A stretch of 59,313 nt of DNA, filler included, from Nitrospirota bacterium (GTDB taxonomy: Bacteria > JACPQY01): the NCBI GenBank assembly GCA_016180645.1. It is 5 parts of 5 records of this genome, joined end to end, with 100 filler letters (N's around TTAATTAATTAA, not from the genome) between each part and the next. Parts side by side here need not be neighbours in the genome. Positions count along the whole stretch, not along the records: positions 1 to 6,034 come from JACPAV010000055.1; positions 6,135 to 11,892 come from JACPAV010000062.1; 3 more parts are not named here. One strand, written 5' to 3'. The translations under genes and the position numbers were made by a program. The notes under the pieces were generated by a model, which worked only from the letters and a program-made list of their open reading frames with translations, searched no databases and was not told where the DNA came from. Shown piece after piece: positions 1 through 8,556 of the stretch (its first letter is position 1; the number at the start of each line of letters is the position of its first letter).

Positions 1-262
1 AGGGGAGGGTCTTCAGACCCTCCCGACAAGAGGGAGCAACCAAGAGGGAGCACCTGAAGGTGCTCCCCTACGAGGAGGCATTCTGTCAGAGGCTCTGAGC
101 TCGACTTTTGCCATTCTTTGAAAGGTTTATGTTTGGTCATGATGCGTAGGGGAGGGTCTTCAGACCCTCCCGACAAGGGGGAGCAACCAAGAGGGAGCAC
201 CTGAAGGTGCTCCCCTACGAGGAGGCAAGGACAAGAGGGAGCATCTGAAGATGCTCCCCTAC
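1..262. repeat. Cluster of GTAG-type REP hairpins (REPIN-like doublets); about 80-bp direct repeat at 1-80 and 148-227
   Basis: Hairpins GGGAGGGTCTTCAGACCCTCCC and GGGAGCACCTGAAGGTGCTCCC bounded by GTAG/CTAC; a further hairpin at 230-262. Confidence 0.85.
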
Positions 263-345
263 TTTCTCAAAATTCACGGCGTGGAAATGGCCTTCCCTTG
301 TGAAGTGATGTTCACACAGCATGGAAAAATGGCAAAAGTCGAGCT
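98..345. mobile_element. MITE-like element with 18-bp perfect terminal inverted repeats, containing REP hairpins
   Basis: AGCTCGACTTTTGCCATT (98-115) and AATGGCAAAAGTCGAGCT (328-345) are reverse complements. Confidence 0.6.
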
Positions 346-364
346 TAGTGCGGACAGAGCCGAA

Positions 365-1039
365 TCAGAACTGGAACTGCCAGCCGAGGGTGGCGCCGAG
401 GGAGTCGAAGCCGGGGTTGCGGGAGTCGCCGGCGATAAGCGCGCCGTTCGAGATGTGAAGGTGGCGCAGGGATCCGAAGAAGTACGCGTCATCGAACCGG
501 CGAAACAAGAATCCTACGCCGTAGAGCGGAGTGAAGTTGACCTTGGTGCCGCCGGGTGGAAAAACGTCAGCGGTGAAGATCATGCCGATGCCGGTTTCCA
601 GGAAGGGGGTCCACTTCTCGCCGATCGGCAACTGCCATCGAGTGAAAATGTTCCCGCCGAGGCCCGCCGTGCGCACCTCGTCGTCGCGGAAGCCGGTGAG
701 ATTGAACTCCATGCCGGCGCAGAGCCAGCGGCGAAAGTGAAAACCGAAGGCGCTCCGCGCGTCGGCCACATCCGTTTCCCGTCCCCCGTGGCTTCGGAAA
801 TATCCGGCTTGCGACGAGATGAACCATGAGCGCGATCGGAGATCGCCCGATCCGCGGTCGCGGTCCGAAGGGTCCGTCTCCGTGAAGTAAAGCGATGCCG
901 CGAATGCCGGGAACCCCAGCAGGACGAGCTTCGGCTCGCCCAGCGGATTCAGCGCGTCGAAGGCCCGGGCCGGCCGGATGTCCGCCAGAAGAAGGAGCAC
1001 GGACAAGGTGAGTGACTTGACGCTAGTTGGCAGCGCCAT
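365..1039 (-). CDS. Acyloxyacyl hydrolase / lipid A 3-O-deacylase (PagL-like) outer-membrane beta-barrel
   Basis: Signal peptide, amphipathic beta-strands, HISNG...NPG motif (PagL HxSN), C-terminal Phe. Confidence 0.75.
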   Translation of the reverse strand: MALPTSVKSLTLSVLLLLADIRPARAFDALNPLGEPKLVLLGFPAFAASLYFTETDPSDRDRGSGDLRSRSWFISSQAGYFRSHGGRETDVADARSAFGFHFRRWLCAGMEFNLTGFRDDEVRTAGLGGNIFTRWQLPIGEKWTPFLETGIGMIFTADVFPPGGTKVNFTPLYGVGFLFRRFDDAYFFGSLRHLHISNGALIAGDSRNPGFDSLGATLGWQFQF

Positions 1040-1058
1040 CGTGTGGTTTCTATGGGCC

Positions 1059-1152
1059 TCTAACAGAATGCCGATTCGTAGGGGAGCATCTTCAGATGCT
1101 CCCTCTTGGCGGGAGGGTCTGAAGACCCTCCCCTACGCATTCTGTTAGACGC
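1059..1152. mobile_element. MITE/REPIN element: TCTAACAGAATGC...GCATTCTGTTAGA enclosing a GTAG REP doublet
   Basis: Reverse complement of the copy at 12241-12343 with one mismatch over this span. Confidence 0.8.
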
Positions 1153-1658
1153 TCTAAGTAGTCCTTAGCGTAGCGGATGTAGCTTGTGGCGCTGTGATCG
1201 ATCTGCTGGATTTCCGACGGCTTGAGGGGGCGGACGACCTTGGCGGGCATGCCCATGACGAGGCTGCGGGGCGGAATCTTGGTTCCGGGAGTGACGAGGG
1301 CGCCCGCGGCGATGAAACAGTATTCGCCGATCTCGGCTCCATCCAGAACGACAGAGCGCATGCCGACAAGGACGTTGTCTGCGATGGTGCATCCATGAAT
1401 CACGGCGGCATGACCTACCGTGACGTTCGCGCCGACGCGAGTCGTCCACAGATCCTTCGTCGCGTGAATCACCGTTCCGTCCTGGATGTTCGTGCGCGCC
1501 CCGATGGCGATGGCGTTCACGTCGCCGCGGATGGTCACCCCGAACCAGATGCCGGTGTCGCTTCCCAACTCCACATTGCCGATGACGTAGGCATTGGGGG
1601 CGACAAAGACGCCCTCCGGGACTTTCGGGATCCAATGTTTGTAGGGGAGAATCGGCAT
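1092..1658 (-). CDS. Gamma carbonic anhydrase family protein (YrdA/PaaY-like)
   Basis: Hexapeptide repeats; IRGDVN, NIQDGTVIH and VGHAAVIHGC metal-ligand motifs. Confidence 0.92.
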   Translation of the reverse strand: MPILPYKHWIPKVPEGVFVAPNAYVIGNVELGSDTGIWFGVTIRGDVNAIAIGARTNIQDGTVIHATKDLWTTRVGANVTVGHAAVIHGCTIADNVLVGMRSVVLDGAEIGEYCFIAAGALVTPGTKIPPRSLVMGMPAKVVRPLKPSEIQQIDHSATSYIRYAKDYLERLTECVGEGLQTLPPRGSI

Positions 1659-1670
1659 GTCAGCGAGGGT

Positions 1671-2576
1671 TTACGCTGCGAGATCCTGGGCAATCTTGGC
1701 GGCGATGCGGGGGTCGAACAAGTTGGCGGTGCCGATTTCGACGGCGACGGCCCCAGCGGACAGGTAGTCACGGACATCGGCCGCGCGCCGAACGCCGCCG
1801 GTGGCGATGATGGGGATGCGAAGGGAACTCCCGATTTCCTTGAGGTGCTTGAGCACGAGGGGTTTGAGCGCAGGTCCCGAGAGGCCGCCGAATTCGTTGC
1901 CCACAACGGGCCGTCCGGCTTCATCGACCGGCCGGATGCGCAGCGTATTGCCGAGGCAGATGGCGTCCGCGCCGGCTCCCTCGATGGCGCGCGCCACGTC
2001 CACCAGTCTGGGATCTCCGGGCGCGAGCTTGGCGATGATGGTTTTCTTCGTCCGTGTTCGCACCTGCCGAATGAGTTGTGCGGCCGCTTCCGGGTCTTCG
2101 CCGACCTCTCGCCCCCCACCTTGGACATTCGGACAGGAGAGATTGACTTCTATGGCCGCCAATTCGTCGGCCGATTCGAGTCGCGAGGTGAGTTCTTCAT
2201 ATTCGGCCGGACTGAAGCCGTAGACGTTGGCGATGATCGGAATGCCCCATTCCCGCAGGGCGGGCCAGCGATCCCGGAGGAAAGCCTCGATGCCGATGTT
2301 CTGGAGTCCGATCGAGTTGACCATCCCTCCCGGTACGCAGGCGACGCGGGGGGGGGGATTGCCCGGACGCGGCTGAAGCGTGATCCCCTTGGTGACGAAA
2401 CCGCCGAGGAGTCGGACGTCGAAAAAGTCGGGCAGGAATTCCCCGTTCGCGGCGATGCCGGAGGCGATGATGACGGGGTTGGGGAGGGAGAGGGGACCGA
2501 TGACGATTCGTGATCCCGTGATCCCGTGACTCCGTGAGCCCGCGTGAGGGCTCTGATTCACGGTTTCACGATTCAC
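1671..2576 (-). CDS. pyrD: Dihydroorotate dehydrogenase, class 1 catalytic subunit
   Basis: TKGIT, NSIGLQNIG, EVNLSCPN, GGLSGPALKP motifs; GTG at 2576 overlaps the rimI stop (GTGA) and gives 301 aa. Confidence 0.9.
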   Translation of the reverse strand: MNRETVNQSPHAGSRSHGITGSRIVIGPLSLPNPVIIASGIAANGEFLPDFFDVRLLGGFVTKGITLQPRPGNPPPRVACVPGGMVNSIGLQNIGIEAFLRDRWPALREWGIPIIANVYGFSPAEYEELTSRLESADELAAIEVNLSCPNVQGGGREVGEDPEAAAQLIRQVRTRTKKTIIAKLAPGDPRLVDVARAIEGAGADAICLGNTLRIRPVDEAGRPVVGNEFGGLSGPALKPLVLKHLKEIGSSLRIPIIATGGVRRAADVRDYLSAGAVAVEIGTANLFDPRIAAKIAQDLAA

Positions 2577-2590
2577 GGGTTCACGGTTCG
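2505..2590. repeat. Head-to-head arrays of 7-bp tandem repeats (..CGTGA.. / ..TCACG..)
   Basis: gattcgtgatcccgtgatcccgtgactccgtgag followed by attcacggtttcacgattcacgggttcacgg. Confidence 0.7.
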
Positions 2591-3085
2591 TTGCGGAAGA
2601 TCCAGCAGAAGGGCCACGGCATCTTCGCGCGTGTCGTAGTAGTAGTTCGGGCGCACGCCCACGGCGCGGAATCCGAGCTTCCGATAGAGATTGAGAGCCG
2701 GTGTGTTGGAGGGCCGGGCCTCCAGCGTGGCAAGGGTCAGCCCCGTTTCGACGGCCAAATGGAGGACGTGGGTGAGGAGTCTCAGACCGAATCCGAGCCG
2801 GCGGAAATCCGATCCGACGGCAAGATTCAGGATATGGAGTTCGTTGTGGATGAACCAGGAGCAGAGGTAGCCCACGCACTTCCCGCCGTCCTCGAAATGA
2901 GCCTTCAAAACATACGAACGGGCCAGGGGGTTTCTCATTTCCGCTCTGAAAAAAGATTGCGGCCAGGGAGTGGGGAAGGATTCCCTCTCGATGTCCAGGA
3001 CTTCGGGGAGATCGTCCTCCTTCATCGAAGTGATGAGCGTGCTGACCAGTTTGTCGCCGCGATGGGGGGCGCGCAGGACGCTCAT
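2573..3085 (-). CDS. rimI: Ribosomal protein S18-alanine N-acetyltransferase (start uncertain)
   Basis: IERESFPTPW, LHILNLAV, LEARPSN..A..LY..LGF, R.NYY...EDA motifs. Confidence 0.88.
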   Translation of the reverse strand: MSVLRAPHRGDKLVSTLITSMKEDDLPEVLDIERESFPTPWPQSFFRAEMRNPLARSYVLKAHFEDGGKCVGYLCSWFIHNELHILNLAVGSDFRRLGFGLRLLTHVLHLAVETGLTLATLEARPSNTPALNLYRKLGFRAVGVRPNYYYDTREDAVALLLDLPQRTVNP

Positions 3086-3112
3086 TCGGCGGGTGACGAG
3101 AGGGGTGGGTTC

Positions 3113-6028
3113 TTATCGCCGCGCTCGGGCGGTCCCCTTGCCGTTCAGCCGACGCGCGGTTTTCATTCGATTTCCATTCGTCACCCCCGCGGGCGAGCGA
3201 ACCGGGCCCGCTTGGGTGCGTTTCGCGGTGATGGCCGCTTGGGCGGCGGCCAACCGAGCGATCGGCACGCGATAGGGCGAGCAGGAGACATAGTCCAAGC
3301 CCGCATCATGGAAGAAATGGATGGACCGCGGGTCGCCCCCGTGCTCCCCGCACACACCGGTTTTCAGTTCCGGACGGGCCGAGCGGCCCTTCGCCACACC
3401 GAGTTTCACGAGCGCCCCGACCCCGAGCTGGTCCAGAGAGCTGAACGGATCGTGTTCGAGGATGTTTCGGCCCGGCACTTCGACGGGTTGTCGGCATACT
3501 TTGCAGACGGCGGCCGCCCGATCCAGTTGGTTCGACCCGCATTGCACGCAGATATTGGCGCTGTTGAGGTAGTGAGCGATGAAGCGGCCCGAATCGTCGC
3601 GTGAGAAACCGAAAGTCGTCTGCGTGAGATCGTTGGTGCCGAAGGAGAAGAACTCCGCTTCGCGCGCGATCTGGTCCGCCGTTACGGCCGCACGCGGGAG
3701 TTCGATCATCGTGCCCACACTGTACTTGAGCCGCAGGTTTTCCTTCTTCATGACTTCTTCGGCCACCCGGTGAATGAGAAGTTTCTGCGCTTTCATTTCC
3801 TGGTCCAAGCCCACCAGTGGAACCATGATTTCAGGGACCACCTTGACGTTCTGCTTGGCCACGGTGCAGGCGGCCTCGAAAATGGCGCGCGCCTGCATTT
3901 CGGTGATTTCGGGGTAGAGGATGCCGAGCCGGCAACCTCGGAAGCCGAGCATGGGGTTGAACTCGTGCAGTTCCTCGACGCGGTTCAGCAGGCGGCGTTT
4001 GGCCTCCATGTCAGCCCCGTTCCCGCGGATTTCCATCCGGGCGAGTTCCACCATCAATTCCTCCCGCTTGGGAAGAAACTCGTGGAGGGGAGGATCGAGC
4101 AGGCGGATCGTGACCGGATATCCTCTCATGATTTGGAAAAGGCCGATGAAATCATTTCGCTGAAGGGGAAGGAGCTGATGGAGGGCCTGGACGCGGTCTT
4201 CCTTCGTCCGGGCGAGAATCATCCTTTGCATGATGGGGATGCGGTCCTCCGCGAAGAACATGTGTTCCGTGCGACAGAGGCCGATGCCCTCGGCGCCGAA
4301 CCCCTTGGCGATTTCGGCCTGGTCCGGGATGTCCGCATTCGCGCGGATGCGGAGGCGGCGAACTTCATCCGCCCACTTCAGGAGCGTGGAGAAATATCGG
4401 AAGCGCTCTGAATCGCGGGAGCTGAGTTGATTCTGGATGACTTGAATGACTTCCGACGGGACGACGGCCACTTCGCCTTCGTATACGCATCCAACGAACC
4501 CATTGAGCGAGATGGGGCTGCCCTCCGGAAGGGTGCGGCCCCCAAACCGTGCGAGACGGGAAACTTCGTTGATCTCCAGCGTACCGCATCCGGCCACGCA
4601 GACCTTGCCCATTTGGCGGGCGACCACGGCGGCGTGGGAGGTCATTCCACCTTTTCCCGTCAGGATTCCGGCCGCGGCGCTCATCCCGTGGATGTCGTCG
4701 GGACTCGTCTCGGTGCGGACGAGAATCGCCCGCTCGCCGTTTCGCGCCATCTCCACGGCCTTTTCCGGCGTGAGGGCGATCAATCCGGTGGCCGCGCCCG
4801 GACCGGCCGGAAGGCCCTTGCCCAGGACGGCGGCGGAAGATTCCTTGGAGGGATCGAATACGGGAAATAGATATTGGGCGAGTTGCTCGCCATCGACGCG
4901 CATGAGGGCTTCTTCCTTATTGATCAGGCGCTTCTTGGCCATATCCACGGCCACCTTCACGGCGGCGAGCCCGGTGCGTTTCCCCGTGCGCGTCTGGAGG
5001 AGGAAAAGCTTGCCCTGCTCGATGGTGAATTCGAAATCCTGAATGTCGCGGAAATGCCTTTCCAGCCGCAACGTCACTTCCCGAAGTTTCTTGAATGCCT
5101 TCGGCATGTCCTCCTTGAGGTGGCGGATGGGCCGCGGGGTGCGGATGCCGGCCACCACGTCCTCCCCCTGTGCATTCACGAGGTATTCTCCGTAGAACTC
5201 ATTGGCGCCGGTGGCCGGATTGCGCGTGAAGCCGACTCCGGTGGCGGAGGTGTATCCCTTGTTTCCGAAGACCATGGCTTGGATGTTCACTCCGGTGCCG
5301 ATATCGTCTGGAATTCCGTATTGCTTCCTATAGAAGATCGCCCGGTCATTGTTCCACGAATCGAAGACGGCATCGCGGGCGAGGCAAAGCTGCTGGAGCG
5401 GATCCTGCGGGAACTCCTTCCCCGTTTCCCGGACCACCAACGCTTTGAACTCCTTCACCACGTCCTTCATTTCCTCCGCGGTCAGCTCCACGTCCTGCGC
5501 GCGGCCGAATTTCCTCTTCATCTCGGCGAGTTTTTCCTCGAATTTCTTTTTCTCGATCTTGAGCACGACGTCGGAATACATGGCGATGAACCGACGGGAG
5601 GAGTCCCACACGAACCGCTCGTCTTTCGTCTGGCCGATCAGCCCCAATGCCGTTCGATCGTTCAGTCCGAGATTCAGGATCGTGTCCATCATGCCCGGCA
5701 TGGAGAATTTCGCTCCCGATCGTACGGAGACGAGGAGGGGATCTTTTTCGTCGCCGAGACGCCGTCCGCAGGCGCGTTCGAGCCGCTTCAGCCCGGCCAG
5801 GCATTCCTCGTGAATTTTTCTGGGGAGTTTGCGTCCGGAGGTATTGTATTCGCGGCAGGCGTCGGTGGAAATGGTGAAGCCCGGGGGAACGGGGATCCCG
5901 AGGTTCGTCATTTCCGCCAGACCGGCTCCTTTGCCTCCCAGGAGGTCTTTCATCTTGCCGTCGCCGTCGGCGCGCCCGTTCCCGAAAAAGTAAACGTAGC
6001 GGTTGCCTTTGGCGTTGTGCTTCTCCAT
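3113..6028 (-). CDS. ppdK: Pyruvate, phosphate dikinase
   Basis: LLGGKGAGL, SVRSGA..SMPGMMDT, GGMTSHAAVVAR (phospho-His), SFGTNDLTQ, GVCGEHGGDP. Confidence 0.97.
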   Translation of the reverse strand: MEKHNAKGNRYVYFFGNGRADGDGKMKDLLGGKGAGLAEMTNLGIPVPPGFTISTDACREYNTSGRKLPRKIHEECLAGLKRLERACGRRLGDEKDPLLVSVRSGAKFSMPGMMDTILNLGLNDRTALGLIGQTKDERFVWDSSRRFIAMYSDVVLKIEKKKFEEKLAEMKRKFGRAQDVELTAEEMKDVVKEFKALVVRETGKEFPQDPLQQLCLARDAVFDSWNNDRAIFYRKQYGIPDDIGTGVNIQAMVFGNKGYTSATGVGFTRNPATGANEFYGEYLVNAQGEDVVAGIRTPRPIRHLKEDMPKAFKKLREVTLRLERHFRDIQDFEFTIEQGKLFLLQTRTGKRTGLAAVKVAVDMAKKRLINKEEALMRVDGEQLAQYLFPVFDPSKESSAAVLGKGLPAGPGAATGLIALTPEKAVEMARNGERAILVRTETSPDDIHGMSAAAGILTGKGGMTSHAAVVARQMGKVCVAGCGTLEINEVSRLARFGGRTLPEGSPISLNGFVGCVYEGEVAVVPSEVIQVIQNQLSSRDSERFRYFSTLLKWADEVRRLRIRANADIPDQAEIAKGFGAEGIGLCRTEHMFFAEDRIPIMQRMILARTKEDRVQALHQLLPLQRNDFIGLFQIMRGYPVTIRLLDPPLHEFLPKREELMVELARMEIRGNGADMEAKRRLLNRVEELHEFNPMLGFRGCRLGILYPEITEMQARAIFEAACTVAKQNVKVVPEIMVPLVGLDQEMKAQKLLIHRVAEEVMKKENLRLKYSVGTMIELPRAAVTADQIAREAEFFSFGTNDLTQTTFGFSRDDSGRFIAHYLNSANICVQCGSNQLDRAAAVCKVCRQPVEVPGRNILEHDPFSSLDQLGVGALVKLGVAKGRSARPELKTGVCGEHGGDPRSIHFFHDAGLDYVSCSPYRVPIARLAAAQAAITAKRTQAGPVRSPAGVTNGNRMKTARRLNGKGTARARR

Positions 6029-6034
6029 GCCCGC

Positions 6035-6134
6035 NNNNNNNNNNNNNNNNNNNNNNNNNNNNNNNNNNNNNNNNNNNNTTAATTAATTAANNNNNNNNNN
6101 NNNNNNNNNNNNNNNNNNNNNNNNNNNNNNNNNN
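6035..6134. other. Artificial contig spacer
   Basis: N-run with central TTAATTAATTAA all-frame stop. Confidence 0.97.
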
Positions 6135-6247
6135 AGATTGAGGCTGGCATAGGGCCCGCCGCTCTTCCCCCCGCGCCGGCCGAGAAAGCCGTGCAGCAGG
6201 CCATCCGCCTTTTTCCATTGCGGGACCTGGAGCCACGTCAAATCCAT
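6135..6247 (-). CDS. pgeF: Peptidoglycan editing factor PgeF / YfiH family, 5' fragment truncated by the contig edge
   Basis: Manual translation MDLTWLQVPQWKKADGLLHGFLGRRGGKSGGPYASLN matches the YfiH N-terminal HGF..R.GG.S..PY.SLNL motif; absent from the ORF track. Confidence 0.8.
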
Positions 6248-6309
6248 ACCCGATAGTTATCGCAACTCCTCCCCCGGCTGCAAGACGGCCGACCGGGTGA
6301 AAAAAACAG

Positions 6310-6339
6310 TTGACAAGCTACAGCCGGACTAAGGAGAAT
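6310..6339 (+). promoter_or_regulatory. Putative sigma70 promoter
   Basis: TTGACA-N18-GAGAAT upstream of ATG 6370. Confidence 0.4.
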
Positions 6340-6369
6340 GACCCAAGCCGTACGGCTGAACGACCCGGC

Positions 6370-8556
6370 ATGCAAGAGAAGCGGCCCTGGGCAACCTACT
6401 TTTTGGCGGTCCGTAGAGGTCTGCGGAGCGGCCGCCTAGATTTGCCTGAAGCGACTAGTTCATTCGGGCGCGCGCTCCTGTCGGCAGGCCTCGCCGCCGC
6501 GTCGCTCCTTTCAGCCTGCCAACCCGTATCTCCTCTGCTGGTCCGCGAGGCGCCTCCCGCCTTTTTTTCCGACGAAGCCGATGCCTACGCGGAAGCCCGC
6601 TGGCGAAGCCTTGAGCTGCGGAAAAATATCGACGAGCTGGCAAAGGCGACGTCTCGCGAGCCGCCGTCAGATGCGCTTCAAAGGCTTGGGCTCTACAGGC
6701 GCGAATACTTTTCTCTGCGTGAAATTCTCTTCAGCGGGGCAATGCTCCATGCCTCGGCTATCGTGGAGAGAGCTGAAGGGCAAGACCTCGGGACTCTCCT
6801 ATTGAGATCCAGCTTGGCGCTTGTGGCGGGCACGACGCTACTGCAAAACTCCCACGCCGTCGCGGCCTTGCTGCGCGACCATCCGGCCCTGCGGGCCGCG
6901 TGGAACGAGCCTGATCCCGAATATGGAATCCCGAAGGACAGTTGGGAACTCTCGCTGCAAACCTACAGCACAAGCCACCATCAAGATCTCTTCAGGGCGG
7001 CCATCGAGAGACTGAAGGGCCGCCGAGGAGATTTGGAGAGGCATCTCAAGGCCAACGACAGGATTTTTTTCGCCCTGTATCCCGACGGAATCGAGTCGGC
7101 CCTGCAAGAGGCGGAGGAGACCTACACGTTGCTGCGGGCGGGCTTCGCCTCAGAGGATTTGGCTCAGGATGAGGCGGAGGTGCGCCTCCTGGTCGAGCGA
7201 TCCAAGAAACTGCGCAATGAGTGGGCCGCGTCCGCTCCTCTTCTACGCCAGGCCATCATGCGGGACGGCGGACTGATCCGAGGAAACGTTCATGTCCGCG
7301 TGCACGCCGCGAAACGGGACTATCTGGACCTGCGCGAAGCCCTGTATCGCCTGGCCTTCAAACACGTCGCCAAGCTCACTCGCGAGGACATCCCCTACCC
7401 GCGACCGTTTCGACTTCGCGCCGTCGGAATTTCCCTTTTAGCCGCCGTGACTCTCTACGAGAACGCCCGCCGGTTACAAACCTCTCTTCTTAGCATCCCC
7501 GGGGTCAAGGCCCTGCTCAACCAGGGGGACCCGGCCCTGGGTATTCCGCGAGGCTTCTGGGACAACATCGAGACGGAATTCACCAGGCTTCAATACAGGC
7601 GCCTCCTGGAGACGGGGATTCAAGCGGTAGACGAAGCGCGACATCTGCCTTCGGGTCCGGCGGAAACACAACCTTTCTTTGCCTATCTGGCTGCGGAAAT
7701 CGCGACAAGCACCGCCATCCCGGAAATCCGCGGCGAAGGGATTCTCCCGAAGCTCGTCCGGGCGCTGCAGAGTTATTCGGGGCTGGTACAAAAGATGAGT
7801 TCTGGAATTCTCGGAATTGCCGCGTCTCCGTTGTTCACAGGGGTAGGGAGTCTCGCCGGCATCGAGCTCAGAAAAGGAAAACTGTTCGACCAACCTCAAT
7901 GGGCGGAATTCGTCAAGGAGAGGCTGCGACCCGGAGATCTCCTGCTGGAAAAAAGTCCTTTTAGGCTATCCAACAAGTTCATCCCCGGACACTTTGGACA
8001 TGTAGCCCTGTATGTCGGCACAGCAGCGGAGCTGAAGGCCCTCGATCTCCTCCAACAGCCTTGGGTAGCGAAGTATGTGAAGCAGGTTGGTGAAAGAAAA
8101 ACCATCGTAGAGGCGCTCCCGGGCGGAACCCGGCTCAGTACTATCGAGGACTTTCTCAACACCGACGATCTCGCCATCATCCGGCCCAAGAGCGACAAAA
8201 TTCCGCCTGCGGACGTGGCGAGAGCGATCACCCTGGCCTTCTCCCACATCGGCAAGCAGTATGACTTTTCTTTCGATAACAACACGTGGGACGCCATCGT
8301 CTGTTCCGAACTCGCGTTCCACACCTACGTGAACGTCCGCTGGCCTTTCGCAAAAATACTCAGCTCCTACACCATCTCCCCCGACGACGTGGCCGTCGTC
8401 GCCGGCTCGGACCCGGCGCGGCCCTTTGAGCTGATTACATTCGTCCACGACGGCCAAGTCGTGCACGACCGAGCGACCGGACTGCTCGATGAGCCAAAGT
8501 ACATCGACCTCTTGGGCAAACGCTATGACGAAGCCGGGTACTTTGCGGCGCGATGA
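6370..8556 (+). CDS. Putative lipoprotein with duplicated helical domain and C-terminal permuted papain-like NlpC/P60 (YiiX/YebB) domain
   Basis: Lipobox LLSAC; LRPGDLLL..PGHFGHVALYVG (His) precedes YDF....IVCSEL (Cys), the permuted order. Confidence 0.78.
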   Translation: MQEKRPWATYFLAVRRGLRSGRLDLPEATSSFGRALLSAGLAAASLLSACQPVSPLLVREAPPAFFSDEADAYAEARWRSLELRKNIDELAKATSREPPSDALQRLGLYRREYFSLREILFSGAMLHASAIVERAEGQDLGTLLLRSSLALVAGTTLLQNSHAVAALLRDHPALRAAWNEPDPEYGIPKDSWELSLQTYSTSHHQDLFRAAIERLKGRRGDLERHLKANDRIFFALYPDGIESALQEAEETYTLLRAGFASEDLAQDEAEVRLLVERSKKLRNEWAASAPLLRQAIMRDGGLIRGNVHVRVHAAKRDYLDLREALYRLAFKHVAKLTREDIPYPRPFRLRAVGISLLAAVTLYENARRLQTSLLSIPGVKALLNQGDPALGIPRGFWDNIETEFTRLQYRRLLETGIQAVDEARHLPSGPAETQPFFAYLAAEIATSTAIPEIRGEGILPKLVRALQSYSGLVQKMSSGILGIAASPLFTGVGSLAGIELRKGKLFDQPQWAEFVKERLRPGDLLLEKSPFRLSNKFIPGHFGHVALYVGTAAELKALDLLQQPWVAKYVKQVGERKTIVEALPGGTRLSTIEDFLNTDDLAIIRPKSDKIPPADVARAITLAFSHIGKQYDFSFDNNTWDAIVCSELAFHTYVNVRWPFAKILSSYTISPDDVAVVAGSDPARPFELITFVHDGQVVHDRATGLLDEPKYIDLLGKRYDEAGYFAAR

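Noticed and set aside
1-262. CRISPR array
   Set aside because: The repeats are palindromic doublets with near-identical, not unique, intervening sequence; there is no regular repeat-spacer period and no cas genes.
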